Source: Candidatus Oxydemutatoraceae bacterium
Lineage (GTDB): Bacteria; Pseudomonadota; Gammaproteobacteria; Poriferisulfidales; Oxydemutatoraceae
Direction of reading: 5' to 3'
NCBI GenBank assembly: GCA_965220085.1
Contig: CBDCOZ010000003.1
Coordinates: 1,120,001 to 1,184,000, forward strand
DNA length: 64,000 bases
Each line of letters begins with the position of its first letter. Positions within the stretch are counted from its first letter, which is position 1. This document shows, in pieces, positions 21,413 to 31,846 of this stretch. The notes beneath the pieces were generated by a model. That model ran no database searches and had not been told where the DNA came from. It saw only the letters and a program-made list of their open reading frames with translations. Made by a program: the position numbers and the translations under genes.

Positions 21413-23167
21413 ATGAGTCGATATTGCAAAAGTGATTTAAATCCGGAACCGATTCTTGCGGCAGCGAAACGGTGGCGCGACGATTGTTTGTTAGGGGACG
21501 GTTCTGTATTTGGTGATGAGAAAGTTTGGACTCATGAAAACCTTGCACGATTACACCAAGCCTTTACAGAGAACCTGATAGAAGGTCGCCGAAGCTTTTT
21601 TGATAAGTTTGAAGAACAACTGAGAGACACTTCCGAGAGCGTCAAGCATCTGGCGGCCGAAATGTACTGGGCGATGCAACTGTCTCCGGTCAAGCTTATC
21701 AAACCCTCTACCAAGCGCGAAAATATCATGCGGATATTGCAGTGGGGGAACTCGGAACTCGATGAATCACATCCGATGCTGACAGATGAGGTATTACACG
21801 GGCTTGGCAATCCCGGAAGAGGGTTTGCCAATTATATGTGGAAGGAACTCATATTCTTCATGGACTTCATGCAGAAATTTAAGGGCTTGGGCAGAGATGA
21901 GCAGAGCGCTTTGTGCGCAGATGGCTGGGAGTTTGCAGAGTGGCTGGAGGGTTTTCAAGAGCATAGGACTCGCCAGTTTCGGCACATGACTCTGTTCTTA
22001 CTGTTCCCTGACGACTTTGAACGTACTTTTTCGTCTCGCGCGAAACGTAAGATGATTCAGAAATATGATGGGATGACTCTCAAGGAAAGTAAGAGCATTC
22101 CGCGCCCGGAAGTTGACCGCAGGGTGAAGGCGGTGCGCGAGAGGCTGGAGGGGCGTTTCAAGAGGGAGTTTGATTTTTATGAACCGGATATCAGAGAAGA
22201 GTGGGACCCGTCGGAGCCTCAGCCAAAGCCATCGGCAACATTAACGGTGGGGGACGGGGAAGAACTTGCCCCATCGGACGGGGAATTATTCCTTGACGAG
22301 GAGGAGATAGAAAAAATCACAAATGCTTTGCGTACCCGCAAGAATATTATTCTCGAAGGCCCGCCCGGAACCGGCAAGACATTCGCCGCCTCCCGACTTG
22401 CCTACCGGCTCTTCGGCAAGAAGGACAGCAGTTGTATTCGGACAGTCCAGTTTCATCCCAACTACTCGTATGAGGATTTTATGGTCGGTTATCGCCCGTC
22501 AGAGTCGGGGTTTAAGCTCAAGCCCGGCGTCTTCTTGGAGTTTTGTAAGAAAGCGGCAGGCGACCCGCAACAGAAGTATGTCTTGATTATAGATGAGTTT
22601 AATCGTGCCAATGTCACATCGGTATTCGGCGAACTGATGATGCTGATCGAGCACGACAAACGCGGGAAAGATTATGCAATACCGCTGGCTTATTCCGACG
22701 GCGCTCCTGATTCTGACGATGCCCTTGGTCACAGCTTTTATGTGCCCGAAAATTTGTATGTCATCGGCACGATGAATACCGCCGACCGCTCGCTTGCTAT
22801 GGTGGATTACGCACTGCGGCGCCGCTTCCAATTCTTTGAGATCACACCGTGCTTCAACGACAAGTTTCGTGAATTCTTTGTCCGGCAAGGCGGGGATGAG
22901 GAGATGGCCAAAGCCATCTGTGGCAAGTTGAAAGAATTAAACAAAGTGATTGCCGATGATGCATCTCTCGGATTCGGGTTTGAAATCGGTCACAGCTATT
23001 TTTGTCCTGCAGGCGACAACAGCAGCGAGGACGATTACGATTGGGAAGGCTGGTATCAATCGGTTATTGATCAGAGTATCGCCCCGTTGTTGCAAGAGTA
23101 TTGGTTTGACTCGCGCGAAACAGCCAAGGCTGCGATAGCCAAGCTTGATCTGGAGACAGATACCTGA
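21413..23167 (+). CDS. mcrB: McrB family GTPase (type IV restriction)
   Basis: GPPGTGKT, QFHPNYSYEDF, IIDEFNRAN, GTMNTADRS, ALRRRF. Confidence 0.92.
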   Translation: MSRYCKSDLNPEPILAAAKRWRDDCLLGDGSVFGDEKVWTHENLARLHQAFTENLIEGRRSFFDKFEEQLRDTSESVKHLAAEMYWAMQLSPVKLIKPSTKRENIMRILQWGNSELDESHPMLTDEVLHGLGNPGRGFANYMWKELIFFMDFMQKFKGLGRDEQSALCADGWEFAEWLEGFQEHRTRQFRHMTLFLLFPDDFERTFSSRAKRKMIQKYDGMTLKESKSIPRPEVDRRVKAVRERLEGRFKREFDFYEPDIREEWDPSEPQPKPSATLTVGDGEELAPSDGELFLDEEEIEKITNALRTRKNIILEGPPGTGKTFAASRLAYRLFGKKDSSCIRTVQFHPNYSYEDFMVGYRPSESGFKLKPGVFLEFCKKAAGDPQQKYVLIIDEFNRANVTSVFGELMMLIEHDKRGKDYAIPLAYSDGAPDSDDALGHSFYVPENLYVIGTMNTADRSLAMVDYALRRRFQFFEITPCFNDKFREFFVRQGGDEEMAKAICGKLKELNKVIADDASLGFGFEIGHSYFCPAGDNSSEDDYDWEGWYQSVIDQSIAPLLQEYWFDSRETAKAAIAKLDLETDT

Positions 23168-24249
23168 AGATTCCAATCCAAAACATCTACTTCCTGCTCT
23201 GCTATGCGTGGAACTGCTTGCCGCAGGGCGATGTCATCCGACGCTCAAACCTCCCCAATGACAGAATCATAAACCTGCTGGCGCATGTCTTGCATGAGGC
23301 GATTGCCAACTTGCTCAAGCACGGGTTGGAGCGCCGATTTAATGTTGTCCGTGAGACGACCGACCGCATTCGCGGCAAGATTGATTTGGATGAGTCCATT
23401 AAGCAAGGCTTGATACAAGGGCAGAACCTCATCTGCATCGTGCCAACCCTGAGTCATAACACGGCCGCTAACCGCGTCCTCAAAAGCACCCTGGCAGCAT
23501 TGATTGCCCAACCGGATTTGGATCCGAAGTTGAAGCAACAACTCATTGAACTGTCTCGCCGCTTCAAGGAAATTCCCGCATCCGATTCGGTCGCGACCGA
23601 CTTGAGAAGAGTGGTCGTACACCGCAACAACAGGCTTTATCGGTTGGCCATATCGCTATGTCGTCTGTGGTGGGAGCGCTGGCTGGCGCGGGATGAGGAC
23701 GGTGTGCATCAGTTTCCGGATTTTGAGCGCGATGAGCGCAAGATGCGCGAGTTGTTTGAAAAGTTTGTGCGGAATTTTTATTGCATACATCTGTCGGATG
23801 ATGCGGGTGCGCCCATAATAAGATGGCAGGCGACAGGCTCGGAAGAGAACCTCAAACTGATGCCGGAGATGAGAACCGATGTCGTCATTACCGGCGCGGA
23901 TTATCGTCTGGTGATAGACACTAAATTTACCGGATCAACCCAATGGCATCGCGAAACAGAAAAAGCAAAATCGGGTTACCTCTATCAGATATTTGCCTAC
24001 GTGATGAACATGCGCAACGATGACCGATTCGCCGCTCTGCCGTTAGCGGGCGTATTGCTGCACCCGGTTATCGAGGGCGAAAGAGACATAGAAGTGGAAA
24101 TTCTCGGTAGCCCGATAGCCGTCAAGCATCTCAACCTCGCGATGGATTGGCAAGCGATTGAAGAGCGGCTGCTGGCAATCCATCGGCGGGAGATGGAACG
24201 AGCGCGAGCAACTGCAACAACGATTCCGCCCGCGCAAAAATATGCATAA
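23164..24249 (+). CDS. mcrC: McrC family nuclease subunit (probable CTG start)
   Basis: KIPIQNIYFLLCYAW N-terminus, RGKID, TD...IDTK nuclease motif, YQIFAY. Confidence 0.88.
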   Translation: MKIPIQNIYFLLCYAWNCLPQGDVIRRSNLPNDRIINLLAHVLHEAIANLLKHGLERRFNVVRETTDRIRGKIDLDESIKQGLIQGQNLICIVPTLSHNTAANRVLKSTLAALIAQPDLDPKLKQQLIELSRRFKEIPASDSVATDLRRVVVHRNNRLYRLAISLCRLWWERWLARDEDGVHQFPDFERDERKMRELFEKFVRNFYCIHLSDDAGAPIIRWQATGSEENLKLMPEMRTDVVITGADYRLVIDTKFTGSTQWHRETEKAKSGYLYQIFAYVMNMRNDDRFAALPLAGVLLHPVIEGERDIEVEILGSPIAVKHLNLAMDWQAIEERLLAIHRREMERARATATTIPPAQKYA

Positions 24250-24260
24250 AATAAGCAGCA

Positions 24261-27200
24261 ATGCAGTATATTAAAAACGGACCAGATATACCCGATGAGC
24301 TAATTGAAGCGCAACAAAAGAGTGAGGTAATTTTTATCTGCGGCGCAGGAGTTTCAATAAACTCTGGCTTACCAGATTTCAAAGGGTTGGTAAGCAAAAT
24401 TTATGAATCCCTAGATTTGGATATAGAACAAAACCAGGCAGAAAAATTAAGCTTTGATAAAGGGCAATATGACAAAGTTTTATTTCTCCTAGAGAGAAGA
24501 TTAACAAATGGTCGGAAAAGAATAGAAGCAGAAGTTAACAGCATACTTGGCAAAAGCCCAACCTGTCGTAATATTCATAATGCACTTTTAACATTATCTC
24601 GTGATGGAAATAATGAACCTTACTTAATCACTACAAATTTTGATGAGCATTTTGAAAAGTGTAACCCTAAGATCCCAAGTCTCTCACCACAAGCCTTGAT
24701 TCAATTTCCTCCTCCCGCAGGCATAATCCATTTACATGGAAAGATAAGAGAAGAGGGTATGGTTTTAACTTTTGCTGACACCTCTGATGCATATTTACAA
24801 AGTGGGTGGGCAAAACGGTTTCTAAATAAGGTTGCAAGATGGAAGAGTATTGTTTTTGTTGGGTTTTCTGGTGAGGATCCCTATTTTCAACTTTTAATGG
24901 CAGCCATTTCACAAGATAGAAAGTGGGCTAAAGGCATGCCATCAGCTTACGCTTTCAGTTCTAATAAAGAAAAAATCTTATGGGATATGTTTGATGTAGA
25001 AGTTATAGAGTATACATCGAACGATGCCCATTCCTTATTAAACGAAACACTCATTGAATGGGTTCATCATGCAAATGATAAAAGCGCATGGGAAGAGAAT
25101 GCTTTAAGATACTTGCTACAAAAGAAACCTGCGGAGCATAACGAACTAGAAAAAAATCAATTTGAGTTTTTAATTACAGAACACGGAAAAATTCCTGATG
25201 GAACCAATCCTTTCCCAGAATGGTGGTCAACAATAAAAACCTTACAGTTGCCACCAGACTCTATTATTCCATGGGTTATGCAAAACCTAGAAAATCCCGA
25301 TATGGTTAAAGCTTTTGTTAAGCATCCAATTGAAGGAACGCAATTCATCTCTAAGTTTGAAGATAGATTTATAGAACAAGAAAGAAAGATAAAAGAACCA
25401 TATCGACAAGCTTGGAAACTACTTATCCATCAGGCAAAGCAATATAGGTTAGAAGACATGGAGTATTTTGATAAGTGGTGTAAGTTGAAGCAACGTATGC
25501 AAAATGGGGAATATGGAAGTGAGGTAATAGATGGGATAGTAAAAGTCATCACCCCTACCCTCAATATAACGCCCCCACTTTCCCTGTATGATTCTCTGAG
25601 TGAGCAAGAGGAAGAACAAAACAATAATATGTCTCTTTATGATCTTATGCGCTGTGAATTTAGGACTTCTTCATACATTAAAGCAAGAGAAATTCTGCAA
25701 GCATGGACGCCTACAGATTCACAAGAAACTTTGAGGCTATGTCGCAGACTGACAGAGCGAATGGTTGAAATGCTAGAATTTGCTCAAGAGCAGAGGATAG
25801 ATTGGACAGTGTACATTCCATCAATTGAACAGCATTCTCAAAACAGATGCTACAAGGATGGCTTTTATCAGATTGTCCGCTTGACGACTGGCATTTGGCA
25901 AACATTAGATAAAGAATATGCATTGAAAATTTCCTCTCGTTGGCGAGAGCGTAGAAATATAAATTTAATGCAAAGAATGTTTCTTTATGCCCTCACAGAA
26001 GAAAAGGAGTGGTTTCCGGCAAAGGAAGCTGCAGATGAATTATTAAATATGGATGAGAAAATATTCTGGGGTCTGCGTAGTAGGGGTAGCATTTGTAGCA
26101 TTTGGGTTCTGTATAGTGGGGGTAGCGTAAAAAAAGAAATAGCAACGCTACTAGAGAAGCACTGGGATGAATTCCCGCAAGAACAAAAAGGTAAATTAGA
26201 AGAAAAAATTCTTAAGGGCCCTCCGCGTGAGAAGTTTGAAAGTCTCCCACAAGAAAAAGCAGATGAATATCATGAAGTTGAAATTCTCGAAAAGTTGCGT
26301 GCTATTAAGAATCTATCTGAAGAAACTCAGAAGAGAAAACTTGAACTAGAAAAGAAGCATCCAAATCATCCAGAATGGCAAACTAAATTTAACGAATTCG
26401 ACCATGGAATCTTTCGCGGAGACCAAGGAGATCCTGAAGAACTAGATGCCTTGCCCGCAGAGAAACGCATAGAAAAAGCGAGAGAATTACAAAGAGTCGA
26501 TTTTGATCAACATGATATCTGGCTTAAATATTGCCGCCATGACCCTAGAGGTGCTTTAGAAGCTCTAAAAGCAGAAGCGCAAAAACAAGAATGGCCGGAA
26601 GCAAAGTGGCGCCATTTTTTCTGGACAAGTGACACATGGAAAAACTTCAATTTTGAGGAAGAATCAAAAAAGCAACTTATTGCAGACGTTGCAGAAGCGA
26701 TAAAGGGGATACCAGATAAAAACCTAGTGCTCTTTGTTGATAGCCCTGCTTCTTGGTTTCGAAATTTGTTGACACATTTTGATGAAAAGCAACGGCTTTC
26801 TCTCTGGCATAAAATGATGGGTGCATTAGAACTTCGTGACGAAAGTAACGAGCCACCTGATGCTTATGGAGTTGCTATAAATCGTGCTGAAGGGAAATTG
26901 ACCGAAGTCGTTTTTTCATGGTGTGGCAGTCGCAACAAAAATCAGGGATTTGAAGATAAAATCAGACCGCTGATGGATAAGCTTGTAAGCCTAGGGGGTT
27001 ACAGTGGTGCCTTGGTAAGGGCAACCATGATGCCGTTTTTGGACTATCTTTACCATACCGAACCTGACTGGACGGAGAAACATATCTTACCTTGGTTAAA
27101 AGAAAGCCACCCAATGCGCTGGGCTTTATGGGATGGGTATAAATATAATAAGTATCTTCCCAGAGAAGAACTATTTAACAAAATGAAGCCGGATATATTA

Positions 27201-27806
27201 ACGGCAATTGATGCAGATAATACTAACGAAGACGGATATGGGGAGAGCAATATAAAACACCGCCTCATTTATACGCTCATACAAATATTATTCTTTAGAC
27301 AAGAGCCAGACTATGCTCTGGAGGCAAAGGAAATACGTCAAAGGTTAAGAAAGGTGGATGATGAAACACGATGCAACGTTCTAAGAAATTTACGACATGG
27401 TCTAGGGAGCCAAACTGACAAGGATAAAAAAGAAAGCATAATAAAATGTTTTTTTGAACAGGTTTGGCCATTGGATGCTGAATTTATAGAGGGCAGTCTA
27501 AATGAAATGTTCTTTTTTCTGACACGCATGGAAGATTCTTTCCCGGCAGCTTTAGAAGCCACAAAGGGTTTTCTCCGTCCAATGAAAGACAGCTCCCAGT
27601 TTTATAACCTTGAACATGCCAATCTACACCAAAGATTTCCAGAGGATGTCCTCACGCTTCTTGATTCAGTCATAGGCAAGGAAACTCGTATTAGAGACTA
27701 TGAGGGAGATAAAATAAAAAACATACTTGATTCCATTGTGGAAAGCAGACCTGACCTGAAACAGGATAACCGCTATCAAAGATTACGCAGATATATACGT
27801 CACTAG
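24261..27806 (+). CDS. SIR2-domain anti-phage protein, Dsr1-like
   Basis: MQYIKNGPDIP...CGAGVS, TTNFD, HLHG, FVGFSGEDP; 1181 aa, AT-rich, follows mcrBC. Confidence 0.75.
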   Translation: MQYIKNGPDIPDELIEAQQKSEVIFICGAGVSINSGLPDFKGLVSKIYESLDLDIEQNQAEKLSFDKGQYDKVLFLLERRLTNGRKRIEAEVNSILGKSPTCRNIHNALLTLSRDGNNEPYLITTNFDEHFEKCNPKIPSLSPQALIQFPPPAGIIHLHGKIREEGMVLTFADTSDAYLQSGWAKRFLNKVARWKSIVFVGFSGEDPYFQLLMAAISQDRKWAKGMPSAYAFSSNKEKILWDMFDVEVIEYTSNDAHSLLNETLIEWVHHANDKSAWEENALRYLLQKKPAEHNELEKNQFEFLITEHGKIPDGTNPFPEWWSTIKTLQLPPDSIIPWVMQNLENPDMVKAFVKHPIEGTQFISKFEDRFIEQERKIKEPYRQAWKLLIHQAKQYRLEDMEYFDKWCKLKQRMQNGEYGSEVIDGIVKVITPTLNITPPLSLYDSLSEQEEEQNNNMSLYDLMRCEFRTSSYIKAREILQAWTPTDSQETLRLCRRLTERMVEMLEFAQEQRIDWTVYIPSIEQHSQNRCYKDGFYQIVRLTTGIWQTLDKEYALKISSRWRERRNINLMQRMFLYALTEEKEWFPAKEAADELLNMDEKIFWGLRSRGSICSIWVLYSGGSVKKEIATLLEKHWDEFPQEQKGKLEEKILKGPPREKFESLPQEKADEYHEVEILEKLRAIKNLSEETQKRKLELEKKHPNHPEWQTKFNEFDHGIFRGDQGDPEELDALPAEKRIEKARELQRVDFDQHDIWLKYCRHDPRGALEALKAEAQKQEWPEAKWRHFFWTSDTWKNFNFEEESKKQLIADVAEAIKGIPDKNLVLFVDSPASWFRNLLTHFDEKQRLSLWHKMMGALELRDESNEPPDAYGVAINRAEGKLTEVVFSWCGSRNKNQGFEDKIRPLMDKLVSLGGYSGALVRATMMPFLDYLYHTEPDWTEKHILPWLKESHPMRWALWDGYKYNKYLPREELFNKMKPDILTAIDADNTNEDGYGESNIKHRLIYTLIQILFFRQEPDYALEAKEIRQRLRKVDDETRCNVLRNLRHGLGSQTDKDKKESIIKCFFEQVWPLDAEFIEGSLNEMFFFLTRMEDSFPAALEATKGFLRPMKDSSQFYNLEHANLHQRFPEDVLTLLDSVIGKETRIRDYEGDKIKNILDSIVESRPDLKQDNRYQRLRRYIRH

Positions 27807-27891
27807 TGTCATAGCCTCATACATACAATTTGATTTCGTAAATTGCTATGTTATTATGGCTTCGTTCTTTTATCAGCGTGAGGTCAAGACA

Positions 27892-28833
27892 ATGTATCCT
27901 TTCAAAAGTGTCAAAAGTATTTTTCTGGCATTAGTTGTGCTTGCTTTATTAGCCGGCTGTGCCAGCCAGCAACCCCGCTTTTCAGAAGCGGCAATGAAAA
28001 AACAAACCGCGACAGGCGTTGCAATAAAGCCCAGCGAAGCGGGACGCGCGATGACCCCGTCTGTGGAATATATCCGCGTAAAAATGGAGCGGAGCATTTT
28101 TCTGGATCCCCCCGAAGGCAATACGGATACTTATTTGCGTATTCGTGACACTTCCGGACGCGACTGGGGAATTGAGTTGGAGAGAGTGGTAGAGCAGGAG
28201 ATGCGCAGACAGGGGTTCAGGGTGGTAAAGAATGCCAAGAATGCGGCTTATTCTCTTCATGTCAACGTGCTGTTCGCGGATGAGGCTTCGGCAGCCGAGA
28301 TTGCTCAGCTGGATGAAACGGAGTATGGGCAAAGCATTACCGGGATTCTTGGTTCTAGTCTGGTCGGCGCCGCTGTCGGCGGCTTGGGCGGAGGGATTAT
28401 TGATGACGGAGGCATTGGGGGTGTGGCCGCCGGCGCCGTAGTGGGCGCGGTAGCCGGCGGAGTGGCGAATACACTGCGCAACAAAGAGCGGGATGAATTG
28501 CTCAAAGCCAAGCAGGAAACAAAGTTCTTTTCTGTAGTCGCCGACATTGAGGTTCGCGAGAGAATTAAGAGCGGCATTATCAAGCGAGAGCACAAGGCTA
28601 CCAGAAAAACGACGAAGGAAGCCGAGTCCCATGCTGACCTTGCGGATAGCAGAGATTCGGGCGGTCAGACAATTACGCAGGCCAGCACGGAAGTCTCCGA
28701 GGGGGAGACGAGCACTTGGAAGCGGCACCAGACCCGGATGGTTGGCAAGTCAAAGGGGAAGTTGGTTGTCTTTGAAGATGTTCAAGGCGACTTTGCTATG
28801 AAGATAGCCAAGTCTTTGGCCGGGGTGTTCTAA
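27892..28833 (+). CDS. TraT-like outer membrane lipoprotein, copy 1
   Basis: Lipobox LAGC, MERSIFLDP, RDTSG, glycine zipper, DIEVRER. Confidence 0.75.
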   Translation: MYPFKSVKSIFLALVVLALLAGCASQQPRFSEAAMKKQTATGVAIKPSEAGRAMTPSVEYIRVKMERSIFLDPPEGNTDTYLRIRDTSGRDWGIELERVVEQEMRRQGFRVVKNAKNAAYSLHVNVLFADEASAAEIAQLDETEYGQSITGILGSSLVGAAVGGLGGGIIDDGGIGGVAAGAVVGAVAGGVANTLRNKERDELLKAKQETKFFSVVADIEVRERIKSGIIKREHKATRKTTKEAESHADLADSRDSGGQTITQASTEVSEGETSTWKRHQTRMVGKSKGKLVVFEDVQGDFAMKIAKSLAGVF

Positions 28834-28844
28834 AGCAGAGAAGT

Positions 28845-29267
28845 TTGTACAAGAATTATTTCACTTTGTTGTGCGCGGTCTCGGTTTGCCTTGGTTGTAG
28901 CGCTCAGGCTTACAAGCAGATTTCGTGGACGCATCCCGTTGGCAACGACTGGGATATAGACTCTGCTATTTGCTTGGAGCATTCTGATGTGCTTACCGAA
29001 GCTGATCGGGAGGAGATAAAAAGGATCGAAGAGTCTGCGAAAAGCAGTCAACAATCCGCGCGGCGCATGGCGGATAATTACGAACTTAATAAATCTATTC
29101 AGCAATTACAAGGCGTTCCTGTTGATAAGGATTTGGACTTGGCTATGGATATCGTAACCGGAGTGATTTCTTTTGCAGCGGCTGCCGAGGGACAAACTGC
29201 CGAGGGGGTGGTCAGGGAAAATAAATTTGTTGCTTGTCTGGAAGAGAGAGGGTGGAGCAGAAATTAA
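28845..29267 (+). CDS. Hypothetical lipoprotein, partner of TraT-like gene, copy 1
   Basis: Lipobox-like CLGC; DSAIC...ACLEERGW; paralog at 59060. Confidence 0.7.
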   Translation: MYKNYFTLLCAVSVCLGCSAQAYKQISWTHPVGNDWDIDSAICLEHSDVLTEADREEIKRIEESAKSSQQSARRMADNYELNKSIQQLQGVPVDKDLDLAMDIVTGVISFAAAAEGQTAEGVVRENKFVACLEERGWSRN

Positions 29268-29760
29268 GTCGTGTCCGGTTTCATGGCGCTTTTGACGATT
29301 GGGCGGACGGATAACACCCGATGAACAGAAGGAGCTTTCTTGCCGTAATGCTTTAGAACGGGCATCGCGGCGCTTCTCAACAAACAATCATAAGCGCGGC
29401 GCCACGAGAAAATACTTTAACCATACTTTTAACCGCGTTCGTATCGGGGCTATCGTCAGTCCGGGCAGAACACAGTCTTAAGGTGCGGTTGCGCCTTTTC
29501 TTTGAGGCCTCCCTTAAAGCCTCCCTTTAAGCAAGGTCGGTAGCATTCCGGCCGACAGCCGCAACAGCGGCGCCTTCATCGGCTTATCCACCCGGTAAGA
29601 TTCACTCAATAAGATTCACTCAGTAGGATTACTGAATCAGGCACGCCCTCATCGTTTCCTTGAAGCGGGGGATAATCCGACTGCCAAGTCCTCGCTATTT
29701 CAAGGAACAGCCCCTAAGCCAATGATCTATCGTCGGATATAGCCCAAACTCAATAGCCAC

Positions 29761-29822
29761 TTGACAACTGTTTGAGAATAAGAACAATTCCTATCTATGA
29801 TAAATAAGAACTATTCTCATTC
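29761..29822 (+). promoter_or_regulatory. Promoter with Fur-box-like sites
   Basis: TTGACA at 29761; GAGAATAAGAACAATTCCTATC and AATAAGAACTATTCTCATT resemble the Fur consensus. Confidence 0.6.
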
Positions 29823-29863
29823 TTGTCTGTGATTTTAATCCCTCTATCAAAGGAGAACGAGTT

Positions 29864-31180
29864 ATGAATACAAAACCTACAATTACAAAAAAGCGCTCAT
29901 CGGGTTGCTTGAGTTTGCTTGCGATATCCATGGCGCTGTTATCTGTGTTTGCAGATAACGCCATCGCGCGGTCGCACGATGAAGTAGCCGATCTGAAGCA
30001 ATCGATGCAGGAGTTGAAAAAGCAACTTGAAGCGATGCAAAACCGCTTAAGCGAGATAGACGATACGGTCTCTCAAAACAGCGCAGCGGTTGAAGCAACC
30101 GCGGATGCGGTGCAGGAGTACGCCGACAAGCCGTCTGCTTTTGACAGGCTGTCCATCGGGGGTTACGGCGAACTGCATTACAACAATTACGACGTTGAAA
30201 GCGGCGAAGACAAAAAAGAGTTGGACTTCCACCGGTTCGTTTTGTTCTTCGGGTATGATTTCAGCGAGCAGTTGAAATTCTTTTCCGAGTTTGAGTTAGA
30301 GCACGCTTTGGCCGGCGAAGGCAAGGGCGGCGAAGTGGAGCTGGAACAGGCTTTTGTCGAATACAGCTTTGATGACTATAACGCCGCCCGTGTCGGGGTC
30401 TTTTTGCTGCCGGTCGGCATCATGAACGAGACCCACGAGCCGCCGACATTTTATGGCGTTGAGCGCAACACGATTGAGAATGTCATCATTCCGGCAACCT
30501 GGTGGGCCGGCGGTGTCGGCTATACCCACAGGTGGGACAACGGCCTCAGCTTTGACATATCCCTGCACGAAGGATTGAAGGCAGACCCTGCCGACGGCAC
30601 CGCGCGCATCAGAGGCGGCAGACAGAAAAGCGCGGAGGCCGATGCGGATGATTTGGCTACGACGGCGAGGCTGAAATACACCGGCGCGCCCGGTTTGGAA
30701 TTAGCGGCATCGCTTCAGTATCAGTCGGACATCACGCAAGAGAGCGGCGACGGTCTTGACGATGCTTATCTGACGGAACTTCACGCGATATATCATCGCG
30801 GGCCGTTTGGTTTGCGCGCGCTCTATGCCCGCTGGGATATGGACACCGAAGATGTCCCCGCGACGACGGCGGATGCCGATGGGAATGCCGTCGCGAACCC
30901 CGCTTTGGGAATCGAAACAAACGGCTATGACGAGCAAGAAGGTTGGTATGTTGAGCCGTCCTTCAGAATGTCCGATGCGTTCGGCGTATTTGCCCGCTAC
31001 GAAGATGTCGAAGGCGGGCGTTCGCGAGACGAGTTTGATCAGTGGATTGTCGGTTTTAACTATTGGCTGCATGAGGATGTGGTTCTCAAGGCCGACTATC
31101 TGGAGCGCGAACACGATAACGCCGCCGACAAAGGGAGAGACTTTGACGGTTTTAACCTCGGCTTCGGTTATCAATTCTGA
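29864..31180 (+). CDS. Outer membrane porin with N-terminal coiled coil (probably iron-regulated)
   Basis: Signal peptide, GGYGELHY, HRFVLFFG, NETHEPPTFYGVER, C-terminal GYQF. Confidence 0.8.
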   Translation: MNTKPTITKKRSSGCLSLLAISMALLSVFADNAIARSHDEVADLKQSMQELKKQLEAMQNRLSEIDDTVSQNSAAVEATADAVQEYADKPSAFDRLSIGGYGELHYNNYDVESGEDKKELDFHRFVLFFGYDFSEQLKFFSEFELEHALAGEGKGGEVELEQAFVEYSFDDYNAARVGVFLLPVGIMNETHEPPTFYGVERNTIENVIIPATWWAGGVGYTHRWDNGLSFDISLHEGLKADPADGTARIRGGRQKSAEADADDLATTARLKYTGAPGLELAASLQYQSDITQESGDGLDDAYLTELHAIYHRGPFGLRALYARWDMDTEDVPATTADADGNAVANPALGIETNGYDEQEGWYVEPSFRMSDAFGVFARYEDVEGGRSRDEFDQWIVGFNYWLHEDVVLKADYLEREHDNAADKGRDFDGFNLGFGYQF

Positions 31181-31312
31181 TTTCTTCCTTGTAAGAATAG
31201 TTACCTGTGCCCGCGCCATTATCCCCCGGTGCGGGCGCAGGCTAACTATCTCGCCTTATGCGCCTATACTGCGGTCGGTGATATGCGATTGAGACTCTTT
31301 GAAAGGGAAGAC

Positions 31313-31846
31313 GTGTCTAAGCCAACACCTCTTTACACGGTCGTTGCGTGTTGTTGCGCAATGATGCTTTTGCCGGGGACGGCAGCGGCGGCGGGCGGAG
31401 TGTATGAAGAGCCCGCCGCTTTCGTCAAACGCCATTTCAACGGCGCTCCTCCCAAGCCTTCCGTTCTGTATCCCGCGCCCGAACTCAAGCGGGAGATTAA
31501 ACGTGTTCTGGGACACAAATACAGCAAGTTCAGGATACGCTATTGGTTACAAGGCCGCCGCAGTGTTTGGATACTGGAAGAGATAGGCAAGGAGCGACCG
31601 ATTACCACCGGGTTTTCTATTGACACCGATCGTATTGCCGAAGTCAAGGTGCTCATTTTCCGCGAGAGCCGCGGGTGGGAAGTGCGATATGATTCGTTCG
31701 CCGATCAGTTCGCCGGCGCCAAGCTGACCGAATCGCTGGATTTGGACCGGCAAATTGATAACATAACCGGCGCGACATTATCGGTGCGCGCAGTAAGCAA
31801 GTTGGCAAGGCTTGCTCTGCTCTTGCACAGGACAGTGACCCAATGA
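31313..31846 (+). CDS. FMN-binding (flavinylated) periplasmic protein
   Basis: DNITGATLS flavinylation motif, IGKERPIT, RESRGWEV; start codon uncertain. Confidence 0.8.
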   Translation: MSKPTPLYTVVACCCAMMLLPGTAAAAGGVYEEPAAFVKRHFNGAPPKPSVLYPAPELKREIKRVLGHKYSKFRIRYWLQGRRSVWILEEIGKERPITTGFSIDTDRIAEVKVLIFRESRGWEVRYDSFADQFAGAKLTESLDLDRQIDNITGATLSVRAVSKLARLALLLHRTVTQ

